Position numbers and translations under genes: made by a program. Of a stretch of DNA of 32,000 nt, positions 9,112-18,494 are shown piece after piece. Every line of letters begins with the position of its first letter. The first letter of the stretch is position 1. The notes under the pieces are model-generated. The model saw nothing but the letters and a program-made list of their open reading frames with translations. It did no database searches and was not told where the DNA came from. Location: the sequence record PP083315.1. One strand, written 5' to 3'. Origin of the DNA: Vibrio phage VB_VaC_TDDLMA.

Positions 9112-10254
9112 TTATAAGTCATCGTCTGATTCAAAAAGTTTTCGGAATTCTTCAATATCATCAAATTCATCAATTCGACCTTCTGGAATGTCATCTTTCA
9201 TGATACCAATAGAATAAACTGCCAAATCTGATTCTTGAAGAGCTGCATTATCTAGGTTCAAGTTCTTGTAAGACATAAACCATTGAACAACATCAGTCTT
9301 TTCTTGGTTATAAATCTTATCCACTCCGATTTTCTGAACTCGATTATCAATATAATATTTCAGAAAAGTACTGGTTACATTCTCAGTAAGTGAAGGAATC
9401 TGTCCAATTGATAATAGGTATCTTCCCCAATCCATTTCCTGGTCGTAAACTTTCTGGAATCGCTCTTTAACCATGTCTCGGTACCAGTCACTATCCATTA
9501 ATTCAGAAAATCCTTCGGACTTCTCCTTTCTAAGGATATCCAAAAGACCTGCACTCATACCAGTGTGAAGATCTTCATCAAAGTTGATTAGTTTAATAAT
9601 TCGTGTTGAACCAGCAATAGCATTATTGTAAGAGTTATTAATGATGTAAGTCACTAAAAATGATACATAGAACTTAACACCTTCAAGTGCATAGATCGAA
9701 ACGAGTAATTCAAGAACAAGTTTTTTCTTTTCTTCTAATGTTTCAAGTTGTTCAATATCTTTAATCTTTGAGTAAAGCTCAATCTCACTATCAATACGTG
9801 ATTGAATTTCTGGATATTCAGCAATCTTATCGAAGATCTTAGAACTATCGGCAAAAATACCTCGAAGGATGTGAGAGTAGGATAAACTATGAATTAACTC
9901 AAAATATCCCCAAGTTTTGAACAATGCTTCAAACTCTGGATTAGTACAAAGTTCAGCCATTACTTCTTCTAAGCCTTTATTTTGACCTGAATCCATAAGA
10001 GTTTGGAATAGCCAAACATTAATCATGATTTCTTGAATATGTTCTGGTAAATCCCAGAATTTTTGAGAATCACTGTTCATAGAAATCTCAGATGGGTTCC
10101 AGAAAGCATTTCGCTGACGTTCTTCCATATTCACTGCGAACTTATACTTTGGATTGTCGTATCTTTGAAATCCTGAATATTCACCAAAAAATATCGTCTC
10201 TTTGTTCTTTGGTGGTACCAGATTTTTAGTATCAATTATAGGTTTGTATGTCAT
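9112..10254 (-). CDS. nrdB: class Ia ribonucleoside-diphosphate reductase, small subunit
   Basis: 380 aa; ferritin-like WxxxE...ELIHSLSYSHIL...YALEGVKFYVSF pattern; directly downstream in the same operon. Confidence 0.95.
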   Translation of the reverse strand: MTYKPIIDTKNLVPPKNKETIFFGEYSGFQRYDNPKYKFAVNMEERQRNAFWNPSEISMNSDSQKFWDLPEHIQEIMINVWLFQTLMDSGQNKGLEEVMAELCTNPEFEALFKTWGYFELIHSLSYSHILRGIFADSSKIFDKIAEYPEIQSRIDSEIELYSKIKDIEQLETLEEKKKLVLELLVSIYALEGVKFYVSFLVTYIINNSYNNAIAGSTRIIKLINFDEDLHTGMSAGLLDILRKEKSEGFSELMDSDWYRDMVKERFQKVYDQEMDWGRYLLSIGQIPSLTENVTSTFLKYYIDNRVQKIGVDKIYNQEKTDVVQWFMSYKNLNLDNAALQESDLAVYSIGIMKDDIPEGRIDEFDDIEEFRKLFESDDDL

Positions 10255-10381
10255 TTCTTTCCTTTATCTTATTGATTTTGGGTTATTATATATAACATCC
10301 TCTTAATTATGATTATCAAGTTAAGATGATATTGAATTATTTTTATATAATCAAAAGTTATTAGTTATAACTCAATTTTAA

Positions 10382-11188
10382 TTACCATTCATCATTTGGT
10401 AACTCAAAGTTATAAAAAGCTACTTCTTGATGTTTGTCCTTGTATGAGTATGGCGAACTGTTTGTTATAATCTTAGTTTCTTGGTATGGCCATTGAAGGT
10501 ATTCTTGGATCTTATCTGAGTATATGTCTGTATAAACGACATCGGATTTTAATGATTTTATTTCATCGAGGAATGTTTGCAAATCGTTTGCATCAAAATT
10601 ACTTGAATATGATGTTGGTCGCTCAAAATATGGAGGGTCTAGGAATATAACTGCATCATCTTGAAGAATATCACGATAATCTTTATTTAAAATTGTTGTA
10701 TCTTGGAGAACTCGATGAATGTGCTCAAAATCATTTTTTGACATAATCTTAAATCGTTCACCAAAACATGAATTCATTCCGTTTGGTCCAAATCTTAGCA
10801 TTGAGTTGATACAAGAATTGGCTAGAAAATACAAATAAATACCTTTCTCTTTATTATTAGAAAAGTGATGTTTTTCATTATAAAAATCACGAAATGCATA
10901 AAACGATTCTTTTGATTGTTTGATATCACCAAAGTTTTTTAACACGTCATTGTTTGCATCTAAAACATCATCATATGAGATTGTTTTAAATGTATTGTAC
11001 ATGAATATCACATGTTCGTTTAAATCATTTATGATATAATGTTCAAATCTTTTATCTAGGTTAAATAACACAGCACCCGAACCAACGAATGGCTCAATAT
11101 ATGTATTATGCTTAGTGTTTGATATTAGGAAATTAAACTTTTTCGTGAAGTGTTTCTTTGAACCTTGATAATTAATGAATGTTGTCAT
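10382..11188 (-). CDS. dam: DNA adenine-N6 methyltransferase, Dam-type
   Basis: NYQGSKKHFTKKF, YIEPFVGSGAVLFNL, and the catalytic motif DPPYFERPTSY. Confidence 0.93.
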   Translation of the reverse strand: MTTFINYQGSKKHFTKKFNFLISNTKHNTYIEPFVGSGAVLFNLDKRFEHYIINDLNEHVIFMYNTFKTISYDDVLDANNDVLKNFGDIKQSKESFYAFRDFYNEKHHFSNNKEKGIYLYFLANSCINSMLRFGPNGMNSCFGERFKIMSKNDFEHIHRVLQDTTILNKDYRDILQDDAVIFLDPPYFERPTSYSSNFDANDLQTFLDEIKSLKSDVVYTDIYSDKIQEYLQWPYQETKIITNSSPYSYKDKHQEVAFYNFELPNDEW

Positions 11189-11228
11189 CTATTTTATCAA
11201 CTCCTATTATAATTATTTTAGAGGTAAT

Positions 11229-11510
11229 ATGAATTTATATTTGTACATTTTGGTCGATCCAGACAAGAATTCTCGTTGTAAAGTGGGAATCACCAAAAAT
11301 CCAGACCAGCGCATTAAGGCTTATAAAACAGCAAATCCAGAGTGCTACTTTTCGGTAGTTTACATTATACCAGATAGAGTACACGAAAAGAAAGTGCTTT
11401 CTTTATTAAAAGAAATATTTACTGTAAAAAGTGAATATGTGCATAGTTCACCAAAGATTGTTCAAAATATAATTGAAGGATATCTAGATGACAATGAGGT
11501 CGATTACTGA
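11229..11510 (+). CDS. GIY-YIG-like / T5orf172-type putative endonuclease (93 aa)
   Basis: LYLYILVDPDKNSRCKVGITKNPDQRIKAYKTANP...EKKVLSLLKE. ATG at 11229 has GAGG upstream, so it is preferred over the 11175 start. Confidence 0.7.
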   Translation: MNLYLYILVDPDKNSRCKVGITKNPDQRIKAYKTANPECYFSVVYIIPDRVHEKKVLSLLKEIFTVKSEYVHSSPKIVQNIIEGYLDDNEVDY

Positions 11511-11517
11511 ACAAGTG

Positions 11518-11549
11518 AACACCTAAATCACTAATTCTGGGTGTTTTTT
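11518..11549 (+). terminator. candidate terminator of the plus-strand gene
   Basis: AACACC...GGTGTT followed by TTTT; short 6-bp stem with a 16-nt loop. Confidence 0.4.
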
Positions 11550-11930
11550 ACTGAGAAATTTAATCAATTCTGTATATACATCTTTATCGTTAATTAAATC
11601 ATCTGGCGAAATGATATAATGATCCAATGTACCTCGATTAAAAATTAAATTCCTAAAATCGTTTAATTCAACCTTGGGATCCATATCTTTACGGAATAAA
11701 CTCATCATTAACACAAATGGAAGAATTATCAGCAATATAATTTTTGGTATAAAATTAACTTCATTTGTAATATGAAAAACACCATTCTCCGTATCATAAA
11801 ATATGTGTATATTACACCATAAATGAATGGGCGTTCTAACGTCTATAATCTTTAGAAAATGCCAAGGTTTTATATCAACCTTAGTATATTTCTCTTCAAG
11901 TTCTTTGAATTCTGATTCACGGTCATCCAC
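11523..11930 (-). CDS. array family protein, membrane subtype, tail KKHPELVI
   Basis: GTG start with GGAGG upstream; hydrophobic IPKIILLIILPFVLMMSLF; family tail. Confidence 0.75.
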   Translation of the reverse strand: MDDRESEFKELEEKYTKVDIKPWHFLKIIDVRTPIHLWCNIHIFYDTENGVFHITNEVNFIPKIILLIILPFVLMMSLFRKDMDPKVELNDFRNLIFNRGTLDHYIISPDDLINDKDVYTELIKFLSKKHPELVI

Positions 11931-11939
11931 AATAACCTC

Positions 11940-12326
11940 CTATATTAAATATTCATCTTTACCAGATATTCTCATGATAGTCAAGAAAATATCCCTCTCA
12001 ACCGTTGAATACTCCGTGTTCATAACAATTTTATTAGTGTTAAACGTTTCATCGGTAATTATCGATCTTATTGTTGACCAAGATGAATATCTTTTCTCAT
12101 AATCAACTATTAGGCAATATATGAAAGCAAATATCATGATGATTTTCGTCCACCATCTAGAACGACACATAATATGAACTTGTTCTTCCTCGCAATCAAA
12201 ATAAAATCTAAATTTGATGAACAGTCTGTGAGGTAGGTGCTCACGATATTCCTTGGGTAAATGCTTGAAAAACTTCCATGTAGATATGTTTAATTTCTCA
12301 AATTTTTCGAGTCTTTCATCTTTCAT
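11940..12326 (-). CDS. array family protein, membrane subtype, tail GKDEYLI
   Basis: ORF; hydrophobic TKIIMIFAFIYCLIV; family-like tail. Confidence 0.75.
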   Translation of the reverse strand: MKDERLEKFEKLNISTWKFFKHLPKEYREHLPHRLFIKFRFYFDCEEEQVHIMCRSRWWTKIIMIFAFIYCLIVDYEKRYSSWSTIRSIITDETFNTNKIVMNTEYSTVERDIFLTIMRISGKDEYLI

Positions 12327-12353
12327 AATCTTTCACCTTTCATAATCTTTCAC
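12320..12353. repeat. perfect 17-bp tandem duplication across a translation start
   Basis: CTTTCATAATCTTTCAC occurs twice head to tail. The complement GTGAAAGATTATGAAAG contains the SD and start region of the 12326 gene. Confidence 0.9.
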
Positions 12354-12356
12354 AAT

Positions 12357-12701
12357 TCAAACGAACATTTCTGGGTATTTATTTTTCAATTCGAGTAGTT
12401 CTTTATCCAATATCTCTTCTTGCTGAGTATATGCTTCAATGCTTTGCTTAGCTTTATTGACCATTCTTTGGATGTGACGTTTCTTTAATATTTTATGCAT
12501 ACAATTCGCTTCATCAAAACCTAAGAATACATGTTCCATCTCTTCTTTAGTTAAGTTTTCACTTTCACCATCGTTATACTTTAAATAGAACCAATATGTT
12601 CCATCCCACTCATCTATTCCGTCATATGTGTATTCGTATACACCATGAAAGTCACTTTGAAAGACCTTAGTACCGATTTCTAATGTTTCAATGTTAACCA
12701 T
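12357..12701 (-). CDS. array family protein, tail KYPEMFV
   Basis: ORF; N-terminal LEIGTKVF; C-terminal tail. Confidence 0.8.
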   Translation of the reverse strand: MVNIETLEIGTKVFQSDFHGVYEYTYDGIDEWDGTYWFYLKYNDGESENLTKEEMEHVFLGFDEANCMHKILKKRHIQRMVNKAKQSIEAYTQQEEILDKELLELKNKYPEMFV

Positions 12702-12709
12702 ATCATTAC

Positions 12710-13117
12710 CTATATAATATATTCATCGAGTCCCAAAAGTTTACACAAGTGCTCGTGTTCATATTCGTCTAAATGAGCTCGATCTGTAGTAACATATCCA
12801 GGTTTAGATACATTTAAATAATGTTCGAAAATATGCCTACTTCCAAAACAAACACATACAATATACCAAAGTGGGATATAAATGACTATAAGTATTTTAA
12901 ATGGAATTCTCGGCCGATTTATCTGTATTAATATTTGTTCATCTGGATTATACCAAAAAACATAATTCTGTGTATAATTAGATAAATGAATATTACAATT
13001 CGCCATAGGATTATTAATACTCAAAACTTGGTCTTTAGTCGCCTCAATGTAACCACGTTCGGGAAGTAAATTGATTAGTTCATTGTATTTTAAATCTTTT
13101 GGTATTTTATTTTTCAT
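12710..13117 (-). CDS. array family protein, membrane subtype, tail GLDEYII
   Basis: ORF; hydrophobic FKILIVIYIPLWYIVCVCFG; family-like tail. Confidence 0.75.
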   Translation of the reverse strand: MKNKIPKDLKYNELINLLPERGYIEATKDQVLSINNPMANCNIHLSNYTQNYVFWYNPDEQILIQINRPRIPFKILIVIYIPLWYIVCVCFGSRHIFEHYLNVSKPGYVTTDRAHLDEYEHEHLCKLLGLDEYII

Positions 13118-13124
13118 ATTGTAC

Positions 13125-13487
13125 TCATATCATTAATTCTGGTCTATCGATCAATACAATAATGGCTTTAACCAAATTAATTAACCTAAAATTTATAGAG
13201 TCCTGATAACAATCTAAGCCGACTAATCCAATGGGTAAATCTTCATCATAGTTAGAAAAATCACCTACAGTATTACAAAAGAACTCCATTCGTGATAAAT
13301 CACCATGAATAAATACAACAATTTTACCATCGCCAAATTGTGAACGATCTTCAGAGTATTTGTAAGAATGCCTTAGATAATACTGATGAAGTGCTTCGTA
13401 TGTATTCAAATCGAGATCTTGGATACGATACTCATATCTTGAACACAGACCAAGCTCGAAAAGATTCATAAGTTTGTAATACTTCAT
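13125..13487 (-). CDS. array family protein, tail DRPELMI
   Basis: ORF; ATATGA overlap with the upstream gene stop. Confidence 0.8.
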   Translation of the reverse strand: MKYYKLMNLFELGLCSRYEYRIQDLDLNTYEALHQYYLRHSYKYSEDRSQFGDGKIVVFIHGDLSRMEFFCNTVGDFSNYDEDLPIGLVGLDCYQDSINFRLINLVKAIIVLIDRPELMI

Positions 13488-13795
13488 ATTAATAACTCCG
13501 GACGATCCATTAATTTAACGAACTCACTAAACAACCTTTCACGAGCTTTGTCATCTAAATCACCCAAATATATCAACATACATACATCCCAAGGAATATC
13601 TATAGGACGAATAACGTCACCCGGGAAAAATTCGATTGTATCACTAGTTATAAAAACTTCAAACGTATCGAATGTGTCCATTTCATCCAATGGATCCAGA
13701 TTGAAGAAATAGTTCGACCATATATCTTCTGATATTAAAGAACGGTCGAACACTCCATGGTCGAAACCATTTTCGATTAGTTTATCGTGTCTCAT
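13484..13795 (-). CDS. array family protein, tail DRPELLI
   Basis: First gene of the left block; ORF and tail. Confidence 0.8.
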   Translation of the reverse strand: MRHDKLIENGFDHGVFDRSLISEDIWSNYFFNLDPLDEMDTFDTFEVFITSDTIEFFPGDVIRPIDIPWDVCMLIYLGDLDDKARERLFSEFVKLMDRPELLI

Positions 13796-13809
13796 GTATA
13801 TAAAATTCT

Positions 13810-13855
13810 CAAAAGCTTAAATATGAGTTAATCATAAATCAAATCTAAGCTTTTG
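13810..13855. terminator. nested hairpin between the uvsW-like gene and the left gene block
   Basis: Arms CAAAAGCTTA/TAAGCTTTTG (10 bp) with inner TATGA/TCATA. Confidence 0.5.
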
Positions 13856-13867
13856 TAAAGAGGAAAA

Positions 13868-15406
13868 TCAATAAAGTGCCATCTCAACTTCTTTGACCGG
13901 ATATTCTTCTGGATTATAAGAAGTGGCTTTTCTGTGCTGATATTGCTTATAGAAGATCCCACCTGGCTTTCGATATCCGAAATCATCGACCAAATCAAAA
14001 ATGTTGGCTTCCGATTTAGATGGATGTTTCCTCATTAAACGACCAATTGACTGAGTCACTGTAGTGTACGCTTTCAATGGACTGGCCAAGATCATGTTGT
14101 GTAACTTCTTGATATTAACACCAGTTGAAAGAATCGCATAGTTTGCAATTAGTATTGCATCTTCGTGGTTCTCTAAAATCTGACGAGTTTTTTCACGAGT
14201 TTTTGCATCATCTTCTCCATTTAAGAAATAAACACCATATTTTTCTTGAAACTCAAAAGACTTCTTACCAGTGATGTCCTTGTTAGCTACCTCAACGTCC
14301 GGATAAAGCTTCTCCATTATATCCATGAATAACATCTTACCGTGTTCGGTGTGTTGGAATAGTGTGAGTGTATTACCTTTATCCCTTAACCTACAAGAAA
14401 GGTTTACAATAAACTCGTTTCGTTTCTCGTGTTCCTTTATAAAAACAAGTTGTTTAGTATAGACTCCAGACTCTTTGAACAATGCTTTATCAGCTTGACT
14501 ATATTTGAATATTACAGAGTTTATGTTTATTGGTGTCGCTAAACCCCTTTCAATCAGCTCACGTGACGTGATGTATGTTTTGGGTAAACCAAATAATCCA
14601 ATTAATTGCATCTTCTGGACTGGGTTTTCTGGAAGAGTTCCTGTAAATCCCCATTTGTATTTGCAGTTAATAGTTTTAGATACAATATCCGAAGTGACTT
14701 CAGATGCAAACCTATGTGCTTCATCACATATTACATAATCAAGCTCATCTAGTTTTAGTTCTGATGCAAACTTCTCTTGTAAGGATTGCCAAGTTGATAT
14801 TGTCAAAGATTTATCAAAATGTCTATCAGAATTACCTCCACCAATCGTGTGTGTGTCATCATGAAGGTCGATTAAATTGTAATCCTCAATGTCATTCTTG
14901 AACTGGGTTAACAGATTGATGTTGGGAACTAACAATAACCCTTTTTTACCTCGACGCCTAAAAAATTCAGCAATTAATGAGATCGTCATAGATTTACCAG
15001 AAGATGTACACATTTTATTAATCTGCTTGGTATTTAACAACGATTCACGAAATGCCTTTTCTTGGAAATCGTATGGTTCAAATGGTAGTATTTTCTTAAC
15101 ATCACATAAGAACTCATCAATATCTGATTCAGTGTAATCACTTTCGGATTGATGATATGTAGCACCAAATGTTTTTAGAAGTTGTAGGTGTCCATTTAAA
15201 ACTAGCAATTTCCCATGTTGGATTCGACCAAAGTAATCATATGGTGATTTAAATCCCGCTTTAACAAGATTATCAAAATATGCACCAGGACGTTCGACTC
15301 TCAAATATTCGAACATTGCTTCAATGTTTTGTGGTGTAGATTCTATTGCAGAGTATGATTCATTTAGCTTATGTGTTTTAGTTATTGCTAAATTATTTTG
15401 GTTCAA
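13868..15406 (-). CDS. uvsW: UvsW-like SF2 DNA/RNA helicase
   Basis: 512 aa; MCTSSGKSMTISLIAEF, DEAH, GFTGTLPE, QSIGRLMRKHPSK. TTG start with GAAGGAG. Confidence 0.88.
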   Translation of the reverse strand: MNQNNLAITKTHKLNESYSAIESTPQNIEAMFEYLRVERPGAYFDNLVKAGFKSPYDYFGRIQHGKLLVLNGHLQLLKTFGATYHQSESDYTESDIDEFLCDVKKILPFEPYDFQEKAFRESLLNTKQINKMCTSSGKSMTISLIAEFFRRRGKKGLLLVPNINLLTQFKNDIEDYNLIDLHDDTHTIGGGNSDRHFDKSLTISTWQSLQEKFASELKLDELDYVICDEAHRFASEVTSDIVSKTINCKYKWGFTGTLPENPVQKMQLIGLFGLPKTYITSRELIERGLATPININSVIFKYSQADKALFKESGVYTKQLVFIKEHEKRNEFIVNLSCRLRDKGNTLTLFQHTEHGKMLFMDIMEKLYPDVEVANKDITGKKSFEFQEKYGVYFLNGEDDAKTREKTRQILENHEDAILIANYAILSTGVNIKKLHNMILASPLKAYTTVTQSIGRLMRKHPSKSEANIFDLVDDFGYRKPGGIFYKQYQHRKATSYNPEEYPVKEVEMALY

Positions 15407-15418
15407 ATGTGTCTCCTT

Positions 15419-15703
15419 CTATATAAAATGTTCTGGATACTTTTCTTGAAATGATTTAATATCCTTCTCCATGTGTAAGATTTTTAACCTACCACTATCA
15501 ATATAGGACTGAGGTATTGCTAAATCATCACTAAGCCATCCATTTTTCTCGATGCTTATCAAGTCATCTATGTGAAAGTATTCTCCATTTTCGTCATTTG
15601 TATAATCTTTGACTTGAGCAATATATGTATTACTATAAGCAAGTTGGTACATTATACAAGAGCCTATGGGAATGTCTTTAATTTTGATCTTGGTGTAATC
15701 CAT
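15419..15703 (-). CDS. array family protein, tail KYPEHFI
   Basis: ORF; SD AAGGAT; N-terminal IPIGSCIMYQL. Confidence 0.82.
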   Translation of the reverse strand: MDYTKIKIKDIPIGSCIMYQLAYSNTYIAQVKDYTNDENGEYFHIDDLISIEKNGWLSDDLAIPQSYIDSGRLKILHMEKDIKSFQEKYPEHFI

Positions 15704-15712
15704 GATTTATCC

Positions 15713-16036
15713 TTATATGAAGTATTCAGGATATTTGGTTTCGAATGATTCCTTTGAATCCTCAATACCCACAAGTAAGAACCTCTCGTTCATATGCTTT
15801 AACATATTTCTATCCTTAAATAAGTGCTTAGGGAGTCCGAACTTCTGAACGTCATCATCACTTAGACTAATTAGTTCATTAATCTTTATGTTATCGATGC
15901 CAACTTCATCAACCTCAGCCACAAAATAGCATTGGGTGTCCTTAATATTATCGTGTGGTTCAATCATATAGTATTCGTACATTATATAATCGCCTAGTTT
16001 AACACTTGACCAAAGTGGCTTATTTTCTTTATCCAT
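15713..16036 (-). CDS. array family protein, tail KYPEYFI
   Basis: ORF; N-terminal VKLGDYIMYEY; clear similarity to 15419..15703. Confidence 0.82.
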   Translation of the reverse strand: MDKENKPLWSSVKLGDYIMYEYYMIEPHDNIKDTQCYFVAEVDEVGIDNIKINELISLSDDDVQKFGLPKHLFKDRNMLKHMNERFLLVGIEDSKESFETKYPEYFI

Positions 16037-16044
16037 TTCATCAC

Positions 16045-16365
16045 CTATATCATATATTCGGGATATTTACTCGAAACATCTTCAAATTTATCGAAGTACT
16101 CAAGTATCTCAAATGTTTCGTCGTAAAATCTTAGTACAGTTGGGTTGAATGGGCATAATCCACTAACAGGTAGAGAAAACCCGGTGGCATTGCAATAACC
16201 TGACATGACATTAACTAGTTCAAAAAGGTATACATTTGCATCTCGACATACCCTAAATAAAACTTTAGCACTGGAAGTTTTTTTAACGTATCGGTCATTA
16301 CATGTACATTTCAAAACTACATAAACCCACGTGTGTGATTTATCAACATCTATCCATGATTTCAT
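16045..16365 (-). CDS. array family protein, tail KYPEYMI
   Basis: Start at MKSWIDVDK, overlapping the upstream stop as ATATGA. Confidence 0.8.
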   Translation of the reverse strand: MKSWIDVDKSHTWVYVVLKCTCNDRYVKKTSSAKVLFRVCRDANVYLFELVNVMSGYCNATGFSLPVSGLCPFNPTVLRFYDETFEILEYFDKFEDVSSKYPEYMI

Positions 16366-16739
16366 ATACAATACTCCGGAAATAATTCTTCAAATGAATA
16401 CTCATTATCAATACATTCACCCTCTTCGAATACAATCTTTCCAATTATTTCACAGGCTGAACCATACGAAGCAGTGATATTCTGAAGAACACCAACACCA
16501 TTGGAAGGAATAGCCACGGTAATGATACCAGATGACACTCGTGTAGTTCCTATAATTTCTTGAAAGGTAATCGAATCTGGAGAAGTTGGTGGTGCTCTTC
16601 TGGTGATTTCTATAACTTTAGCAATTAAAACTCCGGGTGGGAAATTCTTATCATCAAATTCTTCTCTTGTATAAAAGAAATTATATATGAAAAAATCACC
16701 TTCCTCTAAATCACGCCAAATCGCTTCTTCAACTTTCAT
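16362..16739 (-). CDS. array family protein, tail LFPEYCI
   Basis: Start at MKVEEAIW (ATATGA overlap); N-terminal LEEGDFFIYNF. Confidence 0.82.
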   Translation of the reverse strand: MKVEEAIWRDLEEGDFFIYNFFYTREEFDDKNFPPGVLIAKVIEITRRAPPTSPDSITFQEIIGTTRVSSGIITVAIPSNGVGVLQNITASYGSACEIIGKIVFEEGECIDNEYSFEELFPEYCI

Positions 16740-17026
16740 ATACAATACTCTGGATAGTGTGTTGAACAGTACAGGTCGATGTCTGTCCACCATGTAAAAT
16801 TGGATACAACTTTAAGGAACTCGAAATCGATTGGGTTGCCTTCATAGTCGATTGCTATATCGAACAATCTTACGCATTGTTGAGAACTATATGCAACCTG
16901 ACATATTAAAAGGATTCCAGAAGCAAAAGCGTTACTTATGGAAACACCCTTGACGATAACGACCTTTAATATACCATCGTGGACAATAATAATCGTATCG
17001 CTAATCTTGAAGTTTTTTAATTCCAT
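16736..17026 (-). CDS. array family protein, tail HYPEYCI
   Basis: ORF with TAATG coupling to the upstream gene. Confidence 0.82.
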   Translation of the reverse strand: MELKNFKISDTIIIVHDGILKVVIVKGVSISNAFASGILLICQVAYSSQQCVRLFDIAIDYEGNPIDFEFLKVVSNFTWWTDIDLYCSTHYPEYCI

Positions 17027-17331
17027 TACACAAATTCCTCTGGATACTTTTTCTTCAATTTTATCATACTAGGAATAATGTCTTTGCTACGAATCATCTG
17101 AACTTGACCAAGAACTGTTCTTTGAATCATTGGCATACTGATACCTTTGGTTGCAAATTCCGCAGCGTTTTGACGAAGAACATTCAAGCTTCGATAATCA
17201 GCTTCAAACAGAGAAAGACACGGTATTGTCGGTTGAGCATGTGAATTTGAACTTGATGAAGTTAACATCTTAAATGTTATGTTGCCATTTTTAAGGTTCA
17301 CATGATACTCGACCTTTGAATATTCTATCAT
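17026..17331 (-). CDS. array family protein, tail KYPEEFV
   Basis: ORF with ATATGA coupling. Confidence 0.82.
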   Translation of the reverse strand: MIEYSKVEYHVNLKNGNITFKMLTSSSSNSHAQPTIPCLSLFEADYRSLNVLRQNAAEFATKGISMPMIQRTVLGQVQMIRSKDIIPSMIKLKKKYPEEFV

Positions 17332-17675
17332 ATTAATAACTCCGGGAAATGTCTAGCAATCGCACAAAGATTGAGTGAGGGTTGATCATTTACAGTGTAA
17401 ATGATATCAGAAAACAGTTCAGAACCATAAGGAATTCGTTGAATGCACTTGAAATTTTTATGATCTATGAAGTAATATTCGGAAAGATAAAAAGATAATG
17501 CTGTTGTGCCGTTATCTTCGGCCGAAAGTAAAGACATTTCCATATCTTTCCTGCCTTTATCGTTCACCTTTATCCCAAGTACCTGAGATAATACGGCATC
17601 ATAACAATTTTCATCACTCCACGTCCATAATAGAATGTCACCCACGTTAAGTTGGTTCATTATCTCTAGGCTCAT
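17328..17675 (-). CDS. array family protein, tail HFPELLI
   Basis: ORF with ATATGA coupling; N-terminal LNVGDILLWTW. Confidence 0.82.
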   Translation of the reverse strand: MSLEIMNQLNVGDILLWTWSDENCYDAVLSQVLGIKVNDKGRKDMEMSLLSAEDNGTTALSFYLSEYYFIDHKNFKCIQRIPYGSELFSDIIYTVNDQPSLNLCAIARHFPELLI

Positions 17676-17935
17676 ATAAACTCCTCTGGGTGTTCAGACA
17701 TTATCTTATGTATGGGTACTGACTTCTCATATTCGTGAACGATTTGGATAGATTTATATTCATGTTGCTTAGGACGATTAAGTAGCACACGGATGTCTTT
17801 ACCAGTTCGATGGTAGTATAAACCACGTATATTATCACCCTTATTATTAATCATCAGATCTGCTTTTCCAATAAGTGCATATCCTCGATAACGAAACAAA
17901 TATAATCTATCATGTTTTAAATCAGAAACTTTCAT
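17672..17935 (-). CDS. array family protein, tail EHPEEFI
   Basis: Start MKVSDLKHDRLYLFRYRGY at 17935 (ATATGA coupling), not the track start 17977. Confidence 0.82.
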   Translation of the reverse strand: MKVSDLKHDRLYLFRYRGYALIGKADLMINNKGDNIRGLYYHRTGKDIRVLLNRPKQHEYKSIQIVHEYEKSVPIHKIMSEHPEEFI

Positions 17936-18174
17936 ATAAATTTCTCCGGGTATTTTTCTCTGTATGCATCCATCCATTCTTCATAATCATTGTACATTTC
18001 GATTACTTCAAAAGCTGTTTCAAAATCATCCTTGAAGTGTTCCATAATATATTCTGGTTCAATTTCACCCGCATTTTCACAATCACCACGTCGAAAAACT
18101 GCACAATCGATACCACAGTGACCCGAATCACCCTCTGAAAAACAAGTGGCATAATCATCGAACTCGATAATCAT
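17932..18174 (-). CDS. array family protein, tail KYPEKFI
   Basis: ORF with ATATGA coupling. Confidence 0.8.
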   Translation of the reverse strand: MIIEFDDYATCFSEGDSGHCGIDCAVFRRGDCENAGEIEPEYIMEHFKDDFETAFEVIEMYNDYEEWMDAYREKYPEKFI

Positions 18175-18494
18175 ATAAACAACTCCGGGTGTTTTTCCTT
18201 AACGTCACTAATATCGAACTCTAATTCAACCTTTTCGTCACAAGACCCAGCAATATATCCAACTGGCATAGCGGATGTCCAAAGATTCGGTCCAAGTTCT
18301 TCCAAACGTTCAAGTAATTCTTCACAACTCACGAAGCTGTGGAAACGCCCGATCATTCTGCGATTATCACCAATCTTCAAGAAATACCTTCGACGCCCTT
18401 GTGTATTCTGTGCAACCTTAGATACGTTAACATTACTCGTTGTACTACCCTTTACGGTATATGATACGATTTGACATTTGTATTCGGGTTTCAT
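18171..18494 (-). CDS. array family protein, tail KHPELFI
   Basis: ORF with ATATGA coupling. Confidence 0.82.
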   Translation of the reverse strand: MKPEYKCQIVSYTVKGSTTSNVNVSKVAQNTQGRRRYFLKIGDNRRMIGRFHSFVSCEELLERLEELGPNLWTSAMPVGYIAGSCDEKVELEFDISDVKEKHPELFI

